Shown piece after piece: positions 29,450 through 39,062 of a DNA stretch of 64,000 bases. This DNA is from Chloroflexota bacterium. Its GTDB lineage: Bacteria; Chloroflexota; Anaerolineae; Aggregatilineales; UBA3940. The notes beneath the pieces are model-generated. The model ran no database searches. It saw only the letters and a list, made by a program, of their open reading frames with translations, and was not told the origin of the DNA. The stretch covers positions 146,635-210,634 of the forward strand of contig JAZIGM010000057.1 of NCBI GenBank assembly GCA_036679085.1, written 5' to 3'. Both the position numbers and the translations under genes were made by a program. The first letter of the stretch is position 1, and every line of letters starts with the position of its first letter.

Positions 29450-32400
29450 TTATTCCTCATCTGTATACGTCCAGTCGGAGCGATCGGGCGGTGGAGCGCC
29501 CCGGCGGCGACGCCACACAAACACCCCCAGCCCGACCGCCAGCAGCGCACCCGCGCCCAGCAGGAACGGCACCATCGGGTTCTGGCGCACGCGCTCCACG
29601 AGGGCGGGCGGCGCGGGCGGGAAGCTGTCCGGATAGTCGGCGGCGACGGTCGTGAAGCGCCATACCGGCCCCTGGATCGTATCGCCCTGGCGGTCCGTTA
29701 CCTCCACCCGCCAGCGATAGGTGCGCATCGGGTCGAGGTCGGCAACGCGCAACGTCGGCTCGCCCTGCACCACGCCCAGGAATGGCGGGTCGCTGGTGAC
29801 GCCAAAATACACCTTGTACGTCAGCGTATCGCACTCGTGAGGCGGCGGCCCCCAGCTCAGGTTCAGCTCAAGCGGCGCGCCGTCGCGCCCATCGAACGGC
29901 TCCGGGAACTGCGGGATAGGCGGCAGCACGGGCGGCGCGTTGGGGTCGTAGCGCAGCGTCAGGAGCTGGTTGGCCTCGGCGAGGTACACATGCCCGCCGC
30001 CGCTCAACACCACATCGCTGGCGTAGCTGCTGCGCCAGTAGCCCCGCTCCTGCGGGGATGCCGGGTTGGAGACATCCACCACGCGCAGCCCGCAGATGCC
30101 GTCCGCCACGTAGAGATCATTGCCGTCGAGCGCCGCCTGCAATGCATCGCCCGGCGTATCGACAAAGCCGATAACCTCCGGCTGCACGGCGTCGGCCAGG
30201 CTGAGCAGCACGACGCCCCCCTCGCCCAGCGCCGCTGCTGCCCGCGCCCCGTCAGGCGCAAGCGTCAGGCCCAGCACCGGCGAGTCGCCTACCGGAAGCG
30301 TGTTCACAAGGCGCGGCGTCGGCTCGATCTGGCTCACGTCGAGCGCCTCGATGCCGCCCTCCCAGCTAACGAGCAGCGTCCCCTCGTCGAGCGGCAGCAG
30401 GTCGTTCACAAACTGCCCCGCCGCCGATGTGTAGCTGTACAGCCGGACCGGGTTGGCCGGGTCGGTCAGGTCCACAACGAGCAGCCCGCCCTGATGCATC
30501 GCCAGAAAAGCCCGGTCGCCCATCTGCACGCCCCGGTCCACCTCGCCGGCGGCGCTGAGCTGGCCGACCTGGGTGAAGCGCCCGTTCTCCCAGTTGACAA
30601 GCACAAAGCCGTTCGCCAGGCTGACGAGCAGGCCCGCCGGGGCGGGGTCCACGTGGCGGCCCGGTGCAGCGAGGGGCATCTCCGCCAGCAGCGTCGGCCT
30701 GACCCGGTCGGACACATCCCACGCCGTCAGCGACTCCCCGGCGGCAAAGAGGATGTTCCCGTCCAGGTAGACGGACCGAACCGGCTGCTCGTAGAAGACG
30801 ATCTCCGCCTCGGGCACGGTCACGTCGAGTAGAGCCAGCCCGTCCTCGCCAAGCGCGAGGTAGGTGATGTTCTGGCGCATGGCGAACTCCAGCGCCCGCG
30901 TCGTGATGCTCTGCCGGTGCACAGGCTGCTCATCGGGAAGCGGCGACGCGTCATAGACGTGCAGCGCCGAGCCGGGCTGGAGCGTCCACAGCCAGCCGTC
31001 GCCAAACGCCCCGCGCGAGGTGTAGGCACGCAGGTTACTGAAGCCAAAGGACATCAGGTCGTCAACCGGGTCGACGCGCAGCCGCATCAGCCGGTCGTCT
31101 TCGAGGGCATAGATGGTCTCGCCGTCCGGCCCGTAGAACAGGTCGGTGGGGCGGCGCGTCTGGAGGATGCTGTGCACGCGCAGCCCGCCGGTCGGGTCGG
31201 CAAGGTCCACCACCGCGAGCTGCCCATCCTCCAGCGGGAAATACGCCAGATGGTCCTTGCGAACAATGTCGGTTGGCGGGGCGGGCAGCGCCACCCGTGT
31301 TACCGGCTGGAGATAGCGGTTATCGTAGATGGACAGCCCGTCGGCGTCAGCAACGTAGACGAAGCGCTCGTCAAGCGCGATGCCGGTCGCGCTGCCCCGC
31401 GCCTCGCGCTGTGTGATCAGCACGGGCTGCCCCGTCTGCCCGCCGCCCAGATTGTAGAGCGCCACCCCCGACTCGCCCGCCGCCACGCCGATCATCTCGC
31501 CGTTCGTGGCTACCCCGCGCACGGGCAGAGGGTCGGGAGCGAGGGCCAGCACCTCTGGCAGGCGCTCGCCGTTAAGGCCAAGCAGCGCCCAGCCGCCGCG
31601 CCCCCCGGCGAGCAGCCAGTCCGCGCCCGCCGTGATCTGCCCGACCTCGCCGCTGATGCTGTACTGCCCCTGCACTTCCAGCAAGCCGCTCGCCGACAGC
31701 CGGTAGCGGCTTAAGCCCTCGTAGCCGCGCGCCAGCCACACGCCATCAGCATCCGGCCAGGGCCGATGCGCCGCGCCGAGCGCGGGCAGGCTGTCAAGCT
31801 CGGCAGGGCGGTCGGGCAGGGACAGGTCGAGCGCGACGAGCACCGGGCCATCCCCCGCCCCGGCGAGATAGGCGCGGGTTCCGTCCGTGGCAATGCGGCT
31901 GACGCGCCCCAGCCCGTAATAGGCCCGCATAAACACCGGCTCGGATGTGGCGCGGGCGTCGAACACCGTGATCCGGTCACCGTGCAGGACGTAGAGGTAC
32001 ACGCCGCGTGAGGCGACGTGCGTCGCAGGTACCGGCACGAGCGTCAGGCGCCCCATTGAGTCGGCAAAGGAGACATCGACAACCGCCATGCGGTCGCCCT
32101 CGCCGAGATACGCCCGCTTGCCGGTGATCATTACGCTGTCCACCGACCGCCCATCCGACGGAGCCAGCACCCCCGCCAGCGACATCACGCCGGGGAAGCT
32201 GATGTCCACGGCAATCAGCCCGGTTTCACCCCCGGCGACGAACAGCGCATTGCCGCGCCGGGCGATGTCGAGCGCCGGGCCGGGCAGCGCAAACGGCTCG
32301 CGGACCGTGCCCCCGCCCAGCGGGTTGAGGTCGATGGCAACCAGCCCCGCTTCCCCGGCGGCGACGTATAACACCCGCTCGTTGAACGCCGCCCGCTCCA

Positions 32401-33592
32401 GAAACAGCACATCATGCGCGACGCCCTCGACCTCATACGTGCGGAGCAGGCTCGGCGCTGCCGGGTTGAATATGTCGATCTCTGCCGCACCTGCACTGCC
32501 GAGCGCCACATACAGCCGGTCGAAGCCAAGCGCGAGGCCCTGCGGCTCGCCGGGCAGGCGCATGTGCACCATCTCGCGGGGCCGGGCATCGTCGGAGACA
32601 TCCAGCACGCGCAGGCCGTCCGGCCCGGCGAGGTACAGCGTATCGCCGTCGAGCAGCAGGTCGAGCACCGGTCGGCCCGTCTCCCCGTAGACCTGAACCG
32701 GGTGCTCGGTCGAGACGAGGCGCAGCACCTTCAGCCCGTCAACGGCGTCGGCCACGTACAGATAATCGCCGTTTGCCACGATGCGCCGCCCCGCGCGGAG
32801 CGGGCTGTACACACCCAGCACGGCGTTGGACCCGCCCACCGGGTCGGCGATCAGCGCGCGCTCCCCGCTGCCGACCACCAGCAGCGAGCCTGCCGTACCG
32901 ATGGCATCCGCCGGGGTAAGCTGCGGCAGCGTGCCGCGCAGCAAAGGCGAGGCGGGGTCGGACAGGTCCACGAGGTGCGCACCGTTGCCACCGGCGGCCA
33001 CGTAGGCCATCCTGCCGCCGGGCGCGAGCGCAACATCGACCGCGCTGCCGGGCACGCTGAGCACCGCCGCCGACTCGACCTGCCCATCCGGGCCGATCTG
33101 CAGCACGCGCAGCCCGGCCTCCCGCGCAGCAATCACCACAAGCCCGCCCGCCGCGTCGATGGCCTGCCCGCTGCCCGGCACGAAGCTCAACTCCTGCGGC
33201 AGGCCATCCGCCACCGCCCGCAGCACCGCGACGCCCTCCTCGGTAAGCGCATAGATGAACGACTCGTCGCGGGTCATATCAAGGATGATGCCGTGATCCA
33301 GATCGGCCTGGCTGAGCACGCGCGACTCGCCGTCTGTGAGGCGAATGCGGACGAGCGACGAGCCTTCCGCCATGAGCGCCGTGTCGTCCCCCAGCGGGAT
33401 GCCCGCCGAAACCAGCCCGCCGACGCGCCCCAGCAGATCAACGCGCTGGGACTCCACACGCGGCAGCCACGCGGGGCGGGGGTCCGGGCTGCTGCGGGCA
33501 ACCAGCCCCGGCAGCAGCAGCGCCCCGAATAGCAGGAGGGGGATCAAACCCCGGCGAAGCCAGGTCATCAGGGATGGGCTTGCAGGCGGCAT
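29450..33592 (-). CDS. giant cell-surface protein with many LVIVD-type beta-propeller repeats, an FN3-like domain and a C-terminal TM anchor
   Basis: About 1380 aa; N-terminal signal/anchor LIPLLLFGALLLPGLVA. About 16-20 repeats by eye of ..YVA.G..GL.V.D(V/L)S.P..P. C-terminus has YKVYFG...YRWRVEV, then LLGAGALLAVGLGVFVWRRRR. The track start 33673 (TTG) is an alternative. Confidence 0.7.
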   Translation of the reverse strand: MPPASPSLMTWLRRGLIPLLLFGALLLPGLVARSSPDPRPAWLPRVESQRVDLLGRVGGLVSAGIPLGDDTALMAEGSSLVRIRLTDGESRVLSQADLDHGIILDMTRDESFIYALTEEGVAVLRAVADGLPQELSFVPGSGQAIDAAGGLVVIAAREAGLRVLQIGPDGQVESAAVLSVPGSAVDVALAPGGRMAYVAAGGNGAHLVDLSDPASPLLRGTLPQLTPADAIGTAGSLLVVGSGERALIADPVGGSNAVLGVYSPLRAGRRIVANGDYLYVADAVDGLKVLRLVSTEHPVQVYGETGRPVLDLLLDGDTLYLAGPDGLRVLDVSDDARPREMVHMRLPGEPQGLALGFDRLYVALGSAGAAEIDIFNPAAPSLLRTYEVEGVAHDVLFLERAAFNERVLYVAAGEAGLVAIDLNPLGGGTVREPFALPGPALDIARRGNALFVAGGETGLIAVDISFPGVMSLAGVLAPSDGRSVDSVMITGKRAYLGEGDRMAVVDVSFADSMGRLTLVPVPATHVASRGVYLYVLHGDRITVFDARATSEPVFMRAYYGLGRVSRIATDGTRAYLAGAGDGPVLVALDLSLPDRPAELDSLPALGAAHRPWPDADGVWLARGYEGLSRYRLSASGLLEVQGQYSISGEVGQITAGADWLLAGGRGGWALLGLNGERLPEVLALAPDPLPVRGVATNGEMIGVAAGESGVALYNLGGGQTGQPVLITQREARGSATGIALDERFVYVADADGLSIYDNRYLQPVTRVALPAPPTDIVRKDHLAYFPLEDGQLAVVDLADPTGGLRVHSILQTRRPTDLFYGPDGETIYALEDDRLMRLRVDPVDDLMSFGFSNLRAYTSRGAFGDGWLWTLQPGSALHVYDASPLPDEQPVHRQSITTRALEFAMRQNITYLALGEDGLALLDVTVPEAEIVFYEQPVRSVYLDGNILFAAGESLTAWDVSDRVRPTLLAEMPLAAPGRHVDPAPAGLLVSLANGFVLVNWENGRFTQVGQLSAAGEVDRGVQMGDRAFLAMHQGGLLVVDLTDPANPVRLYSYTSAAGQFVNDLLPLDEGTLLVSWEGGIEALDVSQIEPTPRLVNTLPVGDSPVLGLTLAPDGARAAAALGEGGVVLLSLADAVQPEVIGFVDTPGDALQAALDGNDLYVADGICGLRVVDVSNPASPQERGYWRSSYASDVVLSGGGHVYLAEANQLLTLRYDPNAPPVLPPIPQFPEPFDGRDGAPLELNLSWGPPPHECDTLTYKVYFGVTSDPPFLGVVQGEPTLRVADLDPMRTYRWRVEVTDRQGDTIQGPVWRFTTVAADYPDSFPPAPPALVERVRQNPMVPFLLGAGALLAVGLGVFVWRRRRGAPPPDRSDWTYTDEE

Positions 33593-33730
33593 AGCACGAT
33601 CTCGCCGTGTAGCTGGGGATATGGTTCTGAAAAACGCCTTCCCTATTGTCACCGATACCTGACTTTTGGACAAAATCGCTTATAATGGGAGGCGTCGCAG
33701 CACACCTAGCCAGTCGACAGGAGGATCAGC

Positions 33731-34357
33731 GTGCCGGACAGCCTGGAACAGATAGCAGCAGAGGTCGCCGTCTGCACCCGGTGCCCGCTCCATCGGGGGC
33801 GGACGAAAGCCGTGCCGGGTGAGGGCTCACCCAATGCCGACATCATGTTCATCGGTGAGGGGCCGGGCTATCACGAAGACCGGCAGGGGCGGCCATTCGT
33901 CGGCGCCTCAGGCAGCTTTCTCACCGAGATGCTGGAGGGCATCGGTCTGCGGCGCGAGGATGTATTCATTGCCAATGTCGTGAAGTGCCGCCCGCCCGGC
34001 AACCGAGACCCGGAGCCGCACGAGATCCAGGCGTGCAGCGTCTATCTCGACCGGCAGATCGCGTTGATCGACCCGAAGGTGATCGTCACGCTCGGGCGCT
34101 TCAGCATGGCCAAGTGGTTCCCGACGGCGCGCATCTCGCGGATACACGGGCAGGCGCGCAAGGTCAACGGGCGGCTGATCGTGCCGTTCTTCCACCCTGC
34201 GGCGGCGCTGCACCAGCCGACTCTGCGGCAGGCCGTCGAGGAGGACTTCCGCAAGCTGCCGGGCTACGTAGCGCAGGCACTGGCGGAACGCGAGCCCGAC
34301 ACCACCGAGGAGGACGACTCGCCCGGCGAGACTTTTGAGCAGTTGAGCCTGTTCTAA
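33731..34357 (+). CDS. uracil-DNA glycosylase, family 4
   Basis: CTRCPLHRGRTKAVPGEG, IMFIGEGPGYHEDRQGRPFVGASG, ANVVKCRPPGNRDP; AGGAGG before GTG 33731. Confidence 0.9.
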   Translation: MPDSLEQIAAEVAVCTRCPLHRGRTKAVPGEGSPNADIMFIGEGPGYHEDRQGRPFVGASGSFLTEMLEGIGLRREDVFIANVVKCRPPGNRDPEPHEIQACSVYLDRQIALIDPKVIVTLGRFSMAKWFPTARISRIHGQARKVNGRLIVPFFHPAAALHQPTLRQAVEEDFRKLPGYVAQALAEREPDTTEEDDSPGETFEQLSLF

Positions 34358-34379
34358 TCGCAGTGGGAGGCGCGGGCAG

Positions 34380-34541
34380 ATGGACGACGAGAACCTTGCG
34401 GCACGGGTGATCCACGCCCCGGTCGAGGATACCGCCACACCGCTCGGTATCAAGGTGCTGGTCGCCGCCATGCTGCTCGTGCTGCTCGGCGAGCTTGCCC
34501 TGCTGGCGCAGGCGCTCGTTCAGGCGGGGATGATGGGGTAA
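34380..34541 (+). CDS. possible 53-aa single-TM small protein (below the track's size cut-off)
   Basis: My translation: MDDENLAARVIHAPVEDTATPLGIKVLVAAMLLVLLGELALLAQALVQAGMMG; GGGAGG lies 8 nt upstream. Confidence 0.3.
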   Translation: MDDENLAARVIHAPVEDTATPLGIKVLVAAMLLVLLGELALLAQALVQAGMMG

Positions 34542-34569
34542 GGGGCCACCCTTGCCTTCCGAAAATGAC

Positions 34570-34688
34570 GGCAGGGGCAGGTGTGATGCGCAATGCTCCG
34601 CACCGACCGCATCATGAGACCTGCCCCTGCCTTGCCGATTTGCTGTGCTTACCCTCGGAGCCGCGAAGTTTATTCGCGGCGTTTTTTA
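34570..34688. repeat. nested hairpin element plus terminator-like GGAGCCGCGAAGTTTATTCGCGGC-TTTTTT hairpin
   Basis: ggcaggggcaggt-[gtgatgcgcaatgctccgcaccgaccgcatcatgag]-acctgcccctgcc (34570-34631); hairpin 34657-34680 with T-run 34682-34687. Confidence 0.8.
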
Positions 34689-34708
34689 TCTTTCGGGGTA
34701 GAGAGCCC

Positions 34709-35158
34709 CTACCAGTCCACCTCTTCCGCGCTGCTGTCGACGATCTCCTCGTCGCCTGCGTCGTAGGCGTTAAAATCGCCCGCCTCGTATGGCTCAAAGC
34801 GGAGCCCGCGCATCTCCCGCAGGTGTTCGCGGACGATGTCCGGCGGCGCAGCCTGGATGAACAGGTTGAGCACCAGCATGATTACCCCGATATCGTCCAG
34901 CGCGATCAGCGGGCCGAGCACCCCGACAAGCAGCTCCGGTAGCAGGTCCACCGGCGAGACAATGTAAGCCAGCCCCAGCACCGGAATGAGCTTCGGCAAC
35001 CAGCCGACGCGCCGGTCCCACAGCAGCTTCCATGTCAGCGATGCCCGCTCAACCAGGCTGCGAAGCATCCCAACCTGCTCGTCCGGAGAACGGTTGGCCC
35101 GCCGGACGCGCCGTTCTTGCCGCCTGCTCACATCTAACTGCCTGTCGTTGTCCTCCAT
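34709..35158 (-). CDS. DUF1232 (YkvA-like) membrane protein
   Basis: 149 aa; LIPVLGLAYIVSPVDLLPELLVGVLGPLIALDDIGVI. Confidence 0.75.
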   Translation of the reverse strand: MEDNDRQLDVSRRQERRVRRANRSPDEQVGMLRSLVERASLTWKLLWDRRVGWLPKLIPVLGLAYIVSPVDLLPELLVGVLGPLIALDDIGVIMLVLNLFIQAAPPDIVREHLREMRGLRFEPYEAGDFNAYDAGDEEIVDSSAEEVDW

Positions 35159-35262
35159 GCTGATCCCTCGCTGGGTAAGGGGTGCCCCCGTTGCCTCTTT
35201 CTGACTATATATACGCGGCGGAACCGGGGCAAGTTGTCGCTTGCGGCCCGCCGCGACGAATA

Positions 35263-35291
35263 TTGACTATATTAGTCTGAATTGATATGAT
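35263..35291 (+). promoter_or_regulatory. promoter TTGACT-17-TATGAT, implying a leaderless transcript for the Rrf2 gene; overlaps inverted repeat GACTA-N3-TAGTC
   Basis: TTGACT 35263-35268, TATGAT 35286-35291, ATG at 35298 only 6 nt after the -10; inverted repeat 35265-35277. Confidence 0.55.
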
Positions 35292-35297
35292 AATTTC

Positions 35298-35711
35298 ATG
35301 CTTCGAATAAGTCGCCGCGCTGATTATGCTCTCAGGACGATGGTCGCTATCGCTCAGGCAGCGTCCGACGAGTATATATCAACACCCGACATCGGGGAGA
35401 GGATGCTGATCCCGCAGCCTTTTCTGGTGAAGGTGATCGGCGATTTGAAGCGCAGCGGGCTCATCCGCACGGCGGTGGGCCGCAAGGGCGGCGTGGCGCT
35501 GGCCCGCCCGCCGGGAAAGATCACCCTGCGGCACATTGTCGAAGCAGTCGAAGGGCCGGTTGTCATCACCGAATGCCTGATCGAGCCGGGCCAGTGCCCG
35601 CGCGGCGCGGTATGCCCGGCCCATGAACACTGGATGCGCATCCAGCAGACGCTGCGTGACGAACTGGACGCAGTCAGCCTGGAGGCTATCGCCGGGCAGC
35701 GCGACGGCTGA
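35298..35711 (+). CDS. Rrf2 family transcriptional regulator
   Basis: 137 aa; MLRISRRADYALRTMVAIA, winged-helix region; Cys residues CLIEPGQCPRGAVCP typical of cluster-binding Rrf2 members. Confidence 0.9.
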   Translation: MLRISRRADYALRTMVAIAQAASDEYISTPDIGERMLIPQPFLVKVIGDLKRSGLIRTAVGRKGGVALARPPGKITLRHIVEAVEGPVVITECLIEPGQCPRGAVCPAHEHWMRIQQTLRDELDAVSLEAIAGQRDG

Positions 35712-35840
35712 TTCGCGGTCGACAGGCCCGGCAGGTTATCGCTATACTGTGATGAGCGCTCCGGGGGCCGGCTGTCTTCGGGTAGTCGGGGAGGCGCCAA
35801 TTGGACAAGCAGGAAGACGTAGCAGAGGAACACAGGTAAT

Positions 35841-36769
35841 ATGGGGCTCGACTCACAGGTCGTCTCGGCAACCCGCGACCGGCTATCCCTCCAGGAATTA
35901 TTCCGCACGATTGTTTCCCTGTTTAAACTGCGTATTGTGATGCTGCTGCTCGCGGCGGCGCTCGGCGGGGCGTTTCTGGGCGCGCAGGGCGTGCCCTCGC
36001 TGCGCACGCTGATCGGCATCATCGTGACGGGCACACTGGCGGCGGGCGGTGCGTCCGCCATCAACCAGTACATCGAGCGGGAGAGGGATGCGCTGATGCG
36101 CCGCACGCAGCGCCGCCCCCTGCCCGCCGGCGAGATTCAGCGCCCGGCAGCCATCCTGTGGATCGCCATCGGCATGATCGTGCTGTCGGTGGCGCTGACG
36201 CTGCCCACCAACCCGCTGATGGCGCTGTACCTGGCACTCGGCGCGGCGATCTACGTCGGCGTGTACACGCTCTGGCTCAAGCCGCGCAGCGTGCTGAACA
36301 TTGTGATCGGCGGCGCGGCAGGCAGCATGGCGGTGATGACCGGCGGCGCGGCGGTCAGGGCAGCTTCCGACCCCGGTGTGATCGTGCTGGCGCTGCTGCT
36401 GTTCCTGTGGACGCCGGTCCATTTCTGGGCGCTGGCGCTGTTCTACAACCGGACGACTACGCGACCGCCTCCGTGCCGATGCTGCCCGTGCTGGAGACGG
36501 ACGAGCGCACCGCCTGGTGGATCTTCCTCCACGCGGCGAGCACGGGCTTTGCCGCCCTCGTCCTCGCGGTGCATCCGGCGCTTGGCTGGCTCTACCTGCT
36601 GCCGACCGCCGCCATCACCGGGATGATGATGGTGCACAGCGTGCGGCTGCTACGCCAGCCGGATCGCCCGCACGCGATCAAGCTGTTCGTGACGACCAAC
36701 ATCTTCCTGCTGCTGGTGCTCATCGCCATCGTCGCCGCGACCTCGGCCCGCCAGGTGCTCGGCTTCTAG
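35841..36769 (+). CDS. ctaB: protoheme IX farnesyltransferase (heme O synthase); frame broken by an apparent 1-nt deletion near 36449-36453
   Basis: ORF 35841.. reads correctly to ...LFLWTPVHFWALALFYN. The continuation DDYATASVPMLPVLETDERTAWWIF...VTTNIFLLLVLIAIV is in the frame of ORF 36158..36769. Confidence 0.9.
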
Positions 36770-36790
36770 CCGGCTGACGCTGTTCGTTCC

Positions 36791-36820
36791 GGGGCCGCCC
36801 GCAGGGGTGGCCCTTTTTTG
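36791..36820 (+). terminator. rho-independent terminator after ctaB
   Basis: gggccgccc-gcag-gggtggccc (9-bp stem with one G-T pair) followed by TTTTTT 36814-36819. Confidence 0.8.
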
Positions 36821-36899
36821 TCTCTTGCGCCGGGCCAGCGGATAGCCCATCACAAACGGTGTACAATAGGGGTGGTTTTGCCCGCTGCGGATTGGAGAA

Positions 36900-37559
36900 G
36901 TGCCTGTGCCCCACGCATGGGCAGATCTCGGCTACAACATCCTGCACGACAGAGATGCCTGGGGGCAGACGAATCACCATCTGGACGTTACCATCGAGGA
37001 ATGCCCCACAGAACAGCATTATGATCCCCAAACGCTGAGCTTAACGGTTGTGTCCCCCCGGGGCGACCACTCCTCCTCCCTGCTGGTGCACCACCCTCCT
37101 CTCTCCCGGAACAGCTCCTTCCGCGTTTGCCCCGGAGAGGTACGGCTCGAAGATCGCAAGCGCAAGATAGTCGGCTTCTTCACCTACGGCGGGGAGCTTT
37201 TCATATACACCGAGGACGAGCGAACCCGCTGCAGGCTCACCTCCACCGCGCCGATCATCATCAGGCGCTCCGGCATACCCGGCATACTGGCCGAGATGAG
37301 TCTTCTGCTCATGGCGGAGCGGCGCGCGGCGCACTCCCGCCAGCGCACGAACTACGAGGAGCGGTTGTGCCAGGTGGACCCCTTCGTGCTGTATGCCGCC
37401 ATCCTGCAGGAGCTGTGCCACCGCTTTGAAAAAATCCCCTACGAGCGGCGATGGGCAAAAACCGAGCAGTTCATCGACTACCTGCTCAGGGCCATCCGCC
37501 AGGCAGAGCGCGAACCGAACTGGCCCCGGCCCGTCCCGGCGCTCGCCGACGTGCTCTGA
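36900..37559 (+). CDS. hypothetical protein
   Basis: 219 aa; no recognisable motif; TACAAT at 36861; GTG starts at 36900 or 36906. Confidence 0.45.
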   Translation: MPVPHAWADLGYNILHDRDAWGQTNHHLDVTIEECPTEQHYDPQTLSLTVVSPRGDHSSSLLVHHPPLSRNSSFRVCPGEVRLEDRKRKIVGFFTYGGELFIYTEDERTRCRLTSTAPIIIRRSGIPGILAEMSLLLMAERRAAHSRQRTNYEERLCQVDPFVLYAAILQELCHRFEKIPYERRWAKTEQFIDYLLRAIRQAEREPNWPRPVPALADVL

Positions 37560-37643
37560 CCCGCCCCTGCCAGTTGCTTACAGACCGGCACTGACTTACA
37601 CTTGCAGTGTCTGAAGTAGCTGTTCGCGCGGAAGGGTGCCTCG

Positions 37644-39062
37644 ATGGTTGACGATCTGCCGGAAGACCGCAAGCCTGACGATAACGACGAGAGCACGCCG
37701 GGGAAGGGCAGGCCCGCCAAGGGCCAGCGCATCGTGCGCGTGTATTTCGCGCGGCCCGCCGAACCGGGCACAGTGCGCGGGCCGGCCCCTCGCGACGACA
37801 CCGGGGACACACCGCCACGCCAGCCCGTATACCGCCCCGGCTTCGACCCCGAGCCGATTGAGGGGGAGATCATCGCCGAGCACCACATCCCGCGAAGCCC
37901 CGAGCCCCCCGAGATCGAACTGCACCCGGCGGACGAGGAGGAGGAGGAGGTCGCGCCGCCCAAGCGCAAAAAACGCCGCCGACGTTCGCCGTTTGCCGTC
38001 CTGCTGATCGCGCTGGGCGTGATCCTGCTGTTCGGGCTGGCGGGTGTCGCCGCTGCGCTGGCGTTCGACCTCATCCCGCCGGAGGTGCTCGACCGCGTGC
38101 CGTTCCTGCCGCTCTTGAGGGAGCGCCCCGCCGGTGAGGAAGTGTCGCCGGGGACCGGCCTGGTTGAGCTGGACGCGGACGCCGACCCGGTGGCGACGGA
38201 ACGCGCTGCGGCAGCCATCGCCACGATGGCCGCCGCCAACGCCCCGCCAACTACCGCCCCGGCTGAACTGGAGACAGTGATCGACCAGCGCGGCACAGAG
38301 ATGGTGCTCGTGCCGGGGGGGACGTTCCTGATGGGCGGCGGGCCTGCCGAACCGGCGCACGAGGTCACGCTCGACGCTTTCTACATCGATCGTTACGAGG
38401 TGTCTCAGGAGCAGTGGCAGCAGTGTGTGGTGGAGGGCGCCTGCCTGCCGCCATCCCCGACTGGCGACGAGCCCGGCGAGGACACCTATGGCCTGGCGGA
38501 GTTCGCCCGCCATCCCGTTACCAACATCAACTGGCAGAACGCCAATGCCTACTGCCGCTGGCGCGGCGGCGCGCTGCCCACGGAGGCCCAGTGGGAGATG
38601 GCCGCTCGCTGGAACCCCGTCACCGGGGCGGTGAGCATCTACCCCTGGGGGGATGAGTGGGATGCAGCCCGGCTGAACACCTGCGATGCAAGCTGCCCGC
38701 TTGAGGAGGCCAACCTCGATACCGACGACGGCTGGCGGCAGACCGCGCCCGTGGACAGCTTCCCCGAGGGGGCCAGCCCGGTCGGCGCGTTCAACATGGT
38801 GGGGAACGTCGCCGAGTGGATCGCGGACTGGTACGCAGAAGACTATTATGAGAACGCCCCCGCCAAGAACCCCACCGGGCCGGAGAGCGGGACCGAGCGA
38901 GTCGTGCGGGGCGGTGCGTGGAACATCGCCGACCCGGCGCTGTTCGATGCACGCGCCCGCTCGTCGTTCGACCCGACAAACGGCTCACCCGGCATCGGGG
39001 TGCGGTGCATTATCCCCGCGGACATGGTATCATCACAGGAGCGAAATGAGCCGCAAGGTTAA
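37644..39062 (+). CDS. formylglycine-generating enzyme (SUMF1/FGE-sulfatase) domain protein with disordered N-terminus and TM anchor
   Basis: MVLVPGGTFLMGG, FYIDRYEVSQEQW, HPVTNINWQNANAYCRWRGGALPTEAQWE, RVVRGGAW. Confidence 0.85.
   Translation: MVDDLPEDRKPDDNDESTPGKGRPAKGQRIVRVYFARPAEPGTVRGPAPRDDTGDTPPRQPVYRPGFDPEPIEGEIIAEHHIPRSPEPPEIELHPADEEEEEVAPPKRKKRRRRSPFAVLLIALGVILLFGLAGVAAALAFDLIPPEVLDRVPFLPLLRERPAGEEVSPGTGLVELDADADPVATERAAAAIATMAAANAPPTTAPAELETVIDQRGTEMVLVPGGTFLMGGGPAEPAHEVTLDAFYIDRYEVSQEQWQQCVVEGACLPPSPTGDEPGEDTYGLAEFARHPVTNINWQNANAYCRWRGGALPTEAQWEMAARWNPVTGAVSIYPWGDEWDAARLNTCDASCPLEEANLDTDDGWRQTAPVDSFPEGASPVGAFNMVGNVAEWIADWYAEDYYENAPAKNPTGPESGTERVVRGGAWNIADPALFDARARSSFDPTNGSPGIGVRCIIPADMVSSQERNEPQG

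Noticed and set aside
29417-33532. Several 200-470-aa plus-strand ORFs opposite the LVIVD giant gene
   Set aside because: Antisense shadow ORFs. The repeat periodicity and signal/TM logic support only the minus-strand gene.
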